From a bacterium (GTDB lineage Bacteria > Patescibacteriota > Minisyncoccia > UBA6257 > WO2-44-18): a stretch of DNA of 59,259 nt. Below, piece by piece: positions 52,626 through 59,259 of this stretch. The stretch lies in assembly GCA_023244815.1 (NCBI GenBank), contig JAHFLQ010000004.1:1-59259 (forward strand), written 5' to 3'. Both the position numbers and the translations under genes were made by a program. Position 1 is the stretch's first letter, and the number at the start of each line of letters is the position of its first letter. Under the pieces are notes generated by a model. The model ran no database searches. It was not told the origin of the DNA and saw only the letters and a program-made list of their open reading frames with translations.

Positions 52626-53262
52626 ACAAGGCACCCTTGGTCTTAAAAGCGTAAAGTACTACGCCTGCTTTGTGCCGAGAACCGGCCGTCAGCTGATAAC
52701 CAAAATTTGGGCTGACTGCGCGAGTCTGATAAAGGGACAAAGCGGTGCCCGGTATAAAAGTTTTAAAACAAAAAACGAGGCGGAAGCGTGGCTTGCGGCT
52801 GGCGCGGTATATGGGCCATCGCGCGCGGAACGCAAAGAAAAACTAGCAAAGGGCATTTACTTTGACGCCGGTACCGGACGGGGAGAAGGGGTGGAAATCA
52901 GCGTAACGGACGAGCGGGGGAAAAATCTTTTACACAAAGCGTTTTCGCGCGAAGAGCTCAATAAACACGGCAAGCGTTTGTTGGACGATCCGGAAGCTAC
53001 TAACAACTATGGCGAACTACTTGCTTGTCGCTATGCTCTGCAAATCGCGATTAGCAACGATATTAAGCAAGTTTTCGGCGATAGCAAGCTGGTGATTGAT
53101 TACTGGTCCAGGGGATATATAAAAAAGAAAGAAGTGGCGATGGCAACAGTGAAGCTGGCGGAAGAGGTGATGAAGAGCCGTAACGCATTTGAATTGAGTG
53201 GCGGCGCTCTTAGTCGCGTCTCCGGCGACGTGAACCCGGCAGACCTTGGTTTTCACCGCTAA
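52609..53262 (+). CDS. ribonuclease HI with N-terminal viroplasmin-like hybrid-binding domain
   Basis: KYYA...W..C...IKG..A.YKSF.T..EAEAWL; YFDAGTGRG, TNNYGEL, GDSKLVIDYW. Confidence 0.88.
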   Translation: MMAKNKQGTLGLKSVKYYACFVPRTGRQLITKIWADCASLIKGQSGARYKSFKTKNEAEAWLAAGAVYGPSRAERKEKLAKGIYFDAGTGRGEGVEISVTDERGKNLLHKAFSREELNKHGKRLLDDPEATNNYGELLACRYALQIAISNDIKQVFGDSKLVIDYWSRGYIKKKEVAMATVKLAEEVMKSRNAFELSGGALSRVSGDVNPADLGFHR

Positions 53263-53279
53263 CTTTATTGCTCATTGTC

Positions 53280-53541
53280 GGCCGCAGTCGAACATTCTCG
53301 CAAACACGCTATCAAGGTGGTGCTCGGCTACCCAAAAAATTCCTCGGGAACCGGGTGTCCGTTTTGCTCCAGCGGCAAAACGGCACCGCTTAGCTCTCGC
53401 CGATTTGCCAGGCACCCTTAGCGCTGACTCGGTCTATGAGTCAGGCTAGCCAAATCGGCTCCGAGATATTCCCTGCGGAATTTCTTGGATATCCTCGCTG
53501 AAGTTGTTCGAGGAGGTTTGCTCAAAAATTCGCCTGCGGCC
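53280..53541. repeat. 262-bp nested palindromic element (C)
   Basis: Terminal IR GGCCGCAG/CTGCGGCC; inner stems 53332-50/53469-88, 53359-67/53375-83, 53399-407/53451-59, 53424-30/53438-44. Confidence 0.75.
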
Positions 53542-53604
53542 TCTCCGGTTCGTAACATTAGCGGGTGGTTAACCAGATTTGCGCTAAAATTATTTATATA
53601 AATA

Positions 53605-53643
53605 AAAAAGCCCGTTCGCGACACGAATGTCGGAACGGGCTTT
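53605..53643 (-). terminator. intrinsic terminator with inner mini-hairpin
   Basis: AAGCCCGTTC/GAACGGGCTT stem enclosing CGACA-cgaa-TGTCG; U-tract on the minus strand. Confidence 0.75.
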
Positions 53644-53647
53644 GGGG

Positions 53648-53923
53648 TTACTTGCGCTTGGTCACGGCCAGGTACCTAGCTCCCAAACCGTCAGGGTAAT
53701 TGGCGACTAGAGAGACCAATTCGTAGCCCTTTGCAAGCAGATCGTTCAGCGCTTGCTGAAGAGCCGTTGTTAGAGAGTGGCCGGAGTTGCTGCCAGTTTC
53801 GATCGTGATGGTCGGCTTGAGGCTCGTCCCGTAGTCGTACATTTTAGGACGCTCTCGCACCGGCCTCACTTCAACAAAGCTACCATGCGCGATCGTCATG
53901 TCTATTTCGAAAAGCTGATACAT
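53648..53923 (-). CDS. hypothetical protein (91 aa)
   Basis: SD GAAGGAGG; ends LLAKGYELVS...YLAVTKR (DUF4177-like pattern, weak). Confidence 0.7.
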   Translation of the reverse strand: MYQLFEIDMTIAHGSFVEVRPVRERPKMYDYGTSLKPTITIETGSNSGHSLTTALQQALNDLLAKGYELVSLVANYPDGLGARYLAVTKRK

Positions 53924-53935
53924 GGGATTCCTCCT

Positions 53936-54526
53936 TCACTTCAGAATCTTCACCTCCAGCCACCGCACACCCCATTGGCGTGCCGCACTGTGGCTGGCCA
54001 TGCGGACATCGATGTGAACGATGCCGCGTTTGGCGTCCTGCCGCATCGCGCCCCCAGTGTCGTCCACCTCGCGGAGGCCGACACTGGGGATTTCCAGCAG
54101 GGTGTGATAGGGGAGCAGTTTCGGATCCGCCGCCACCCCGTCACAAACATTGGCGTTTTTACCAATGGACGTCCTGCCGGCGCCACTGAACTTTTCGCAG
54201 CAGATCTCGCAAGTGCAGTATGCCGTTACCAGCATCCGCATCGTCCGATACCGTCTTACCTCGACAGGCGCTGGATCAGCGCGTCGAGGAGCCGGCGCCT
54301 CTGCCTTCTCCACAGCCACCACGGACGAAACCGCATTACGACTGGCCGCTGAAGCTTCATTTGAACCCCCACGCTTCCAGTTTGCGCAAATCCCATTAGA
54401 AGTAGGCCGCCCCGAGGTGGCCGTAGCCACTGCCTGTTCACAGGCAGGGCGACTTCTAACGGGACAAACCCCCAAAACCCCTGCTCCTATCAGCAGCGCA
54501 AGGCCGACGATAGGAGATGCCCGCAT
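53936..54526 (-). CDS. secreted 3D-domain (MltA-like) cell-wall-acting protein
   Basis: ATG 54526 after GAGGAGG; signal peptide; VTAYC...GVAADPKLLP...VDDTGGAM...HIDV (three Asp); promoter TTGACA-17-TATGTT. Confidence 0.85.
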   Translation of the reverse strand: MRASPIVGLALLIGAGVLGVCPVRSRPACEQAVATATSGRPTSNGICANWKRGGSNEASAASRNAVSSVVAVEKAEAPAPRRADPAPVEVRRYRTMRMLVTAYCTCEICCEKFSGAGRTSIGKNANVCDGVAADPKLLPYHTLLEIPSVGLREVDDTGGAMRQDAKRGIVHIDVRMASHSAARQWGVRWLEVKILK

Positions 54527-54649
54527 AAATCCTCCTCTTTCTTCAAAGTACAAAAAACACCTCAATAACATAGCACAAACAAAAACTCCTGTCAATAGAC
54601 AGGAGTTTTTGATGCCCGCCTGCCGCGCTATGCGCAGCATTGCGGGCAG

Positions 54650-55003
54650 GGCTGGCAATCTATAAGCGGGATTCTGTGATGCCGGCAATATTGCCGAGCA
54701 CGACGTCCATTTATCTGGGATCAACATCGCTGTTAACCTCTAGCGGCACTCTCCTCTTGGAGTACGGCCTTGCACCCAGTAAGGAATTTAGCCGTTTCAC
54801 CCCAACCTTTTATCCCTATAGTTGAGTTAAGCCGTCTAGCTTGGGATAGGGCTTTTCGGGCCGTTTCCAACCCGAACGTTTCTGTTCGCACCTCTACATT
54901 GCTGTTGGCAGTTGTTAACTGCTACTTTCTCCGACTTGCGCCGGAGAGGAGTCCCGACTTTCCTGTCCGATGAACATCAGACCGGGCGTCTGGATTACCA
55001 GCC
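54650..55003 (-). ncRNA. rnpB: RNase P RNA
   Basis: P1 GGCTGGTAATC/GATTGCCAGCC; CAGGAAAGTCGGG and ACAGAATCCCGCTTAT (covarying P4); GGTGAAACGG, TGCAAG and CCCAGATAAATG conserved blocks. Confidence 0.93.
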
Positions 55004-55009
55004 AAAAGC

Positions 55010-55060
55010 AGCGTAACACAAAGAACTTAACTTGACAAGCAGACAAGCTTCTGTTACATT
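55010..55060. promoter_or_regulatory. two divergent promoters with overlapping -35 boxes
   Basis: Plus strand: TTGACA 55032-37, 17 bp, TACATT 55055-60. Minus strand: TTGTCA (55038-33), 17 bp, TACGCT (55015-10). Confidence 0.7.
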
Positions 55061-55090
55061 GCGGTTAGTGCTAGTTGAGGAGGTGGCTTA

Positions 55091-55432
55091 ATGGGCGGAA
55101 TGATTCTGGAAGTCGAGTGCGTGAAGAGAGTCTGTCCCCCGACCTGCCCGGCCAACGAAACCAAGAATCGCGAAGATTGCCGGTGTACGACAAGCGCCAA
55201 GATCATCGCCCACGTAGTATTGGTTGCGAAATGGGATGGCATCCGGCGGTACCGGGCATGGTTCAAGCCGAGCCGAACCAACTCCGGGCCTCCTAAAATC
55301 TTCAATAAGGAGCGATTTAACGAGCAGGGGTGCTTCGAGGTGGCAAACATTAATATTCCGGACGGCATTTACTTACAAATGCGCGCCAAAGCAGCGGCAA
55401 TTATCTTGTCGGGATCAGCGGCCGGGTCGTAA
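55091..55432 (+). CDS. Cys-rich hypothetical protein (113 aa)
   Basis: SD GAGGAGG; own promoter; terminator CCGGGTC-gtaa-GACCCGG overlapping the stop. Confidence 0.65.
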   Translation: MGGMILEVECVKRVCPPTCPANETKNREDCRCTTSAKIIAHVVLVAKWDGIRRYRAWFKPSRTNSGPPKIFNKERFNEQGCFEVANINIPDGIYLQMRAKAAAIILSGSAAGS

Positions 55433-55486
55433 GACCCGGTTTTTTATTGTGGATAGTTTATTAGAGAGTTGTGTTAAAATAATACA

Positions 55487-56785
55487 ATGGTAACCAAAAC
55501 CGCCAAGAAAGAAGCGGATGTCAAAAAAAAGATTCAAAAAGAAGAGAGCCGGCCAGGGACAGCCAGACCCTCGGAGGGGGACGCGGTATCGAAAGAACTC
55601 ACAAAAGGAGGCGAAGAAATTTCTATTATTAAATTAGTGGACAATCTGGTGGAATCCGCCTTTCATTCTCGCGCTTCCGATATTCATATAGACCCGGCGG
55701 AAAAACAGATTTCCGTCCGATTCAGGATTGATGGCGTGCTTCACGATTTTTATACCTTTCCCAAAGAAATCCAGTCCGAAGTCATCAGCCGCGTTAAAGT
55801 TCTTTCCGGTTTGCGCACCGACGAGCACCAGGCCGCGCAAGACGGCCGCTTCCGTCTGACTTTCAGTGGTGTCAATGTGGACGTGCGGGTTTCCGTCGCG
55901 CCAACTTATTACGGTGAAAATACCGTCATGCGTTTGCTGGCTGATCAGGCGGAATCCTACACTCTCGAAACCCTCGGCTTTCAAGGGCGCGATCTGGACG
56001 TGGTAAAGAGAAACATTACAAAGCCCTACGGGATGCTGCTCGCTACCGGACCGACCGGCTCCGGCAAGACCACCACGCTTTACACGATTTTGAAAATGCT
56101 CAACACCAAAGAAGTTTCCATTATTACTATCGAAGATCCGGTGGAATACGCGATTGGAGGTATTGAACAGATTCAGGTGAACACGCGCACTGGACTCACT
56201 TTTGCTAGCGGGCTGCGTTCTATTTTGCGGCAAGACCCGAATATTGTAATGGTTGGTGAGATTCGCGACGAGGAAGCCGCCGGTATCGCGGTCAATGCCG
56301 CCTTGACCGGTCACCTTTTGCTCTCCACCCTTCATACTAATGACGCCGCGACGACTTTGCCGCGCCTGCTGGACATGGGCATCGAACCGTTTTTGATCGC
56401 CTCCACGGTGAATATCGCTATCGGCCAACGTTTGGTAAGAAAAATCTGCGACGGGTGTAAGACCAAAAAAGATATTACCGCCGATGAGCTGAAGAGCCTC
56501 GCTACGGTTTTGCCGGTTAAGGTGCTGGACGATTACAGAACTTTTTATTACGGCGCCGGTTGCGCCCAGTGCGACCATAGCGGCTATAAGGGACGCATCG
56601 GCATTCACGAAGTAATGGAAATTGACGACGAAGTGCGCCTAGCCCTGATGAAAGGCGCCGACGCGAGCGAAATTAAAAAAATTGCCATCAAAAATGGCAT
56701 GACAACGATGGTGGAAGACGGTTTCCGCAAGGCGATTGAGGGAGTTACTACTATTGAGGAAATTCTTCGTGTAATTCACGATTAG
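55487..56785 (+). CDS. pilB: type IV pilus/T2SS assembly ATPase PilB/GspE
   Basis: RASDIHIDP, RFRIDGVL, GPTGSGKTTTLY, TIEDPVEY, LRQDPNIVMVGEIRD, STLHTNDA, CxxC...CxxC. Confidence 0.93.
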   Translation: MVTKTAKKEADVKKKIQKEESRPGTARPSEGDAVSKELTKGGEEISIIKLVDNLVESAFHSRASDIHIDPAEKQISVRFRIDGVLHDFYTFPKEIQSEVISRVKVLSGLRTDEHQAAQDGRFRLTFSGVNVDVRVSVAPTYYGENTVMRLLADQAESYTLETLGFQGRDLDVVKRNITKPYGMLLATGPTGSGKTTTLYTILKMLNTKEVSIITIEDPVEYAIGGIEQIQVNTRTGLTFASGLRSILRQDPNIVMVGEIRDEEAAGIAVNAALTGHLLLSTLHTNDAATTLPRLLDMGIEPFLIASTVNIAIGQRLVRKICDGCKTKKDITADELKSLATVLPVKVLDDYRTFYYGAGCAQCDHSGYKGRIGIHEVMEIDDEVRLALMKGADASEIKKIAIKNGMTTMVEDGFRKAIEGVTTIEEILRVIHD

Positions 56786-56791
56786 CGACGT

Positions 56792-57883
56792 ATGGCAAAA
56801 CTACAGGTCAAAATAAATCTTTTCACCGGCCTGTTTTTCCGGGTGCCGACTCAAGACCAAATTTTATTTGCGCGCCATCTGGCGGTGATGTCAAAAGCCG
56901 GTCTGCCTCTTATAGAAAGTCTCAAGTTGATCCAGAAAGAAACCAAATCCAGGGCCATGCTGAAGATTCTCGATCAAGTTATTAAAGACGTGAGCAACGG
57001 TCAGTTTTTGTCGGCCAGCTTGGATCGTTACAAAGAAATTTTCGGCAGCTTATTTATTAACATTATCCGAGTCGGCGAATCAGCCGGAATTTTATCGGAA
57101 AACCTGAATTATCTGGCTGATGAACTTAAGAAAAAACGGGAGCTTAAGAAAAAAGTCATTGGCGCGCTTATTTATCCGGCGATAATTTTCGTTGCCACTT
57201 TCGGTATCACCGGATTACTGACGGTCTTTATCTTTCCCAAAATACTGCCAGTTTTCAAGAGCTTAAATATTACATTGCCTCTCACCACCCGGATTTTGAT
57301 CTGGTTCAGTAATGCGCTCACTGACTACGGCCCATATGTAATTGCCGCTTTTGGCGTGCTTATAATCAGTCTTTGGTTGTTGGCCCAGCTTAAGAAAATC
57401 CGCTATTTCTTACACTTTTTCCTCCTGAAACTTCCGGTCTTTGGCAATATCGCTCGCGATGTTAATCTTGCCAATTTTTGCCGTACACTTGGTTTGACTA
57501 TCAAAAGTGGCGTGAAAATTGTGGAGGCGCTGGAGATTACCTCCGAATCTCTTTCAAACTTTGTTTATAAAAAGAATATTCTAGCGATAGCGGAAAACGT
57601 AAAAAAAGGAGAAGCCATTGCACAATACCTGATTAAACGGCACAAGCTTTTTCCGGTAGTAGTTTCCCAGATGGTTTCGGTGGGGGAAACGGCCGGAAAT
57701 TTGAGCGAGACCTTGCTCTACCTTTCCGAATTTTATGAAAGCGAGGTTAATGAAGTTACTAAAAACCTTTCCAACATCCTTGAACCGATTTTGATGCTGG
57801 TGATGGGAATAGTAGTAGGCTTTGTGGCAATTTCGATTATTACCCCCATTTATGAAGTCAGTCAAAACATTTCTACTCGCTAA
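56792..57883 (+). CDS. pilC: type IV pilus/T2SS inner membrane platform protein PilC/GspF
   Basis: FARHLAVMSKAGLPL, GESAGIL, ALIYPAII, VGETAGNL, LEPILM. Confidence 0.93.
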   Translation: MAKLQVKINLFTGLFFRVPTQDQILFARHLAVMSKAGLPLIESLKLIQKETKSRAMLKILDQVIKDVSNGQFLSASLDRYKEIFGSLFINIIRVGESAGILSENLNYLADELKKKRELKKKVIGALIYPAIIFVATFGITGLLTVFIFPKILPVFKSLNITLPLTTRILIWFSNALTDYGPYVIAAFGVLIISLWLLAQLKKIRYFLHFFLLKLPVFGNIARDVNLANFCRTLGLTIKSGVKIVEALEITSESLSNFVYKKNILAIAENVKKGEAIAQYLIKRHKLFPVVVSQMVSVGETAGNLSETLLYLSEFYESEVNEVTKNLSNILEPILMLVMGIVVGFVAISIITPIYEVSQNISTR

Positions 57884-57887
57884 AATA

Positions 57888-58373
57888 ATGCGCGGATTTA
57901 TCCCGTCACCTTTTCAAGAGAATTGCAGGCTGCAAAGCAGCCCTCGGAAAGGTGCGGGATTTACGGTGTTCGAGTTACTGATAGTGATGGGTATTTTCGC
58001 GCTGATTATCGCGGTCGCGACCCCCGTGGGCATTACTTTTTACCTCAGCTATCAATTCGATTCCGAGTCTAATCTTTTAACCGCCCTTCTCCGGCACGCC
58101 AGGAATTTGTCTATGGTTAATTATAGCGAATCGGATCACGGCCTGCACGTGCTTAGCGACAAGTATGTAGTTTTCGAGGGAGCGAGCTACGCCACCCGCA
58201 TTCAGGCAAATGACAAAAAATTTCCCAGAGATACCGTTATTACGTTGACGGGTCCAACGGAATTAGTTTTTGCCGCTCTTTCCGGTCAAGCCGCATCCAG
58301 CACATTCAGTTTTTCCGGTAGTAATAAAAGTCGGGATATTTTTGTAAATCCTGAAGGGCTGGTTTATGAATAA
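57888..58373 (+). CDS. prepilin-type protein (FimT/GspH-like minor pilin)
   Basis: G|FTVFELLIVMGIFALII class III signal; LRHARNLSM. Confidence 0.88.
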   Translation: MRGFIPSPFQENCRLQSSPRKGAGFTVFELLIVMGIFALIIAVATPVGITFYLSYQFDSESNLLTALLRHARNLSMVNYSESDHGLHVLSDKYVVFEGASYATRIQANDKKFPRDTVITLTGPTELVFAALSGQAASSTFSFSGSNKSRDIFVNPEGLVYE

Positions 58374-59259
58374 ATTTTCAACCAAGGAATCGGGCCAGAG
58401 CGTTTTTGAGGTATTGATCGCCATCGGAATATTCGCGATTTCCGCAACGGCGGCGTTTCAGATATTCTTCGGCGGCCAGAAACTTTCTATCGACAGCGCG
58501 AACAGCAATTTGGCCAATGATTACGGTCGCGAGGCAGTAGAGGCAATCCGCAATATCCGCGCCCGCAACTGGAGCGAGCTGACGGATGGCGCTCACGGAC
58601 TGGTTTTTAAAAATAATGAATGGATGTTCGGTTCTTCCAGTGTCAGTGAGTCGCAAGATATTTTTACCCGCACCGTTACTGTTGGCACCGTGGACGCCAA
58701 CACCAAGATCGCCACCACCACCATTACCTGGCAGTCCGGCGACAACCGAATTCAGACGCAGGAGATTGTGGAGAAAATTACCAATTGGGAAAGCTATAGC
58801 CAGAGTAGCTGTAAGAATGAGCCGTTGACCGGTAATTGGGCCGCTCCGGTATTGCTCGGTTCGGGCGATATCGGCTCCGGCAATTCCGGAACGGATGTGG
58901 TGGTTCGGTTACCTTACGCCTTTGTGAGTGGTACCGCTTCGACCGCTTCCAAGCCGGACATTTTTGTTTTTGATGTTTCGAATCCCGCTCTTCCGTTATT
59001 AGTTCAATCCTTAAATATTGGCGCCAATGGCATCAGCTCGCTTTATATAAGCGGAAATTACCTATACGCGGCCTCGCCAAACGACAGCAAGGAGTTGATT
59101 GTTTTTGATATCACGAATCCGACTAGCCTGACTGAAATCGGGTCATACAATCTGTCCGGGTCAGCCGACGCCTTATCGGTTATTGTTTTCGGCAATACCG
59201 CCGCGGTTGGGAGGACCGATGGCGCCACCAATGAAATTGCCTTTTTGAATATTTCCACT
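58366..59259 (+). CDS. prepilin-type protein with C-terminal LVIVD-type beta-propeller repeats (runs off the window end)
   Basis: Translated by hand: MNKFSTKESG|QSVFEVLIAIGIF...; FVFDVSNP, YISGNYLYAA, IVFDITNP; no stop before 59259, so it is absent from the track. Confidence 0.85.
   Translation, partial: MNKFSTKESGQSVFEVLIAIGIFAISATAAFQIFFGGQKLSIDSANSNLANDYGREAVEAIRNIRARNWSELTDGAHGLVFKNNEWMFGSSSVSESQDIFTRTVTVGTVDANTKIATTTITWQSGDNRIQTQEIVEKITNWESYSQSSCKNEPLTGNWAAPVLLGSGDIGSGNSGTDVVVRLPYAFVSGTASTASKPDIFVFDVSNPALPLLVQSLNIGANGISSLYISGNYLYAASPNDSKELIVFDITNPTSLTEIGSYNLSGSADALSVIVFGNTAAVGRTDGATNEIAFLNIST

Noticed and set aside
54640-54973. ORFs 54640..54825 and 54770..54973, and the 5' extension of 53936..54727
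   Set aside because: They overlap the RNase P RNA or the 3D-gene promoter; the 3D gene has a clear SD and ATG at 54526.

Overview
59.3-kb chromosomal window from a small-genome bacterium that looks like a Parcubacteria/Patescibacteria (CPR) member. Support for that: compact housekeeping genes, a shortened AspRS, an N-terminally truncated RF2, split comEC, a type IV pilus locus, an orphan VirD4/HerA-like ATPase, a giant GIGTTSP-repeat surface protein and bL9 present. UGA is used as a stop (code 11). The taxonomy is an inference. Core genes: secDF, efp, mnmA, aspS, ndk, lepA, prfB, ftsEX, fmt/def, ctpA, rplI, rpmA, pgk, rnpB, four tRNAs and pilB/pilC. There is no CRISPR array, integrase, transposase or prophage. 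Three things are not explained by the gene list. (1) Accessory genes form self-contained cassettes (-35/-10 promoter, Shine-Dalgarno, own hairpin terminator), whereas many core genes look leaderless. The clearest case is three highly diverged paralogs at 0.2-1.8 kb separated by a 74-bp identical terminator+promoter module, close to an operon pairing a divergent RNase III with a degenerate sigma-70 factor. (2) A population of palindromic non-coding elements: a ~175-bp family whose two copies show compensatory changes in every helix, a 262-bp nested palindrome, a tRNA-Gln-derived mini-element, a ~400-nt promoter-to-terminator RNA candidate, and short palindromes in frame inside proteins, including a 63-bp insertion with a 7-bp target duplication in a prepilin leader. 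(3) Unusual proteins: a presenilin/SPP-like GxGD protease, an EF-P with a Gln-tipped loop, and a 2223-aa adhesin-like protein with a Cys-looped beta-propeller and a tailspike-type chaperone domain. All protein family calls are by-eye motif recognition; no database search was run.
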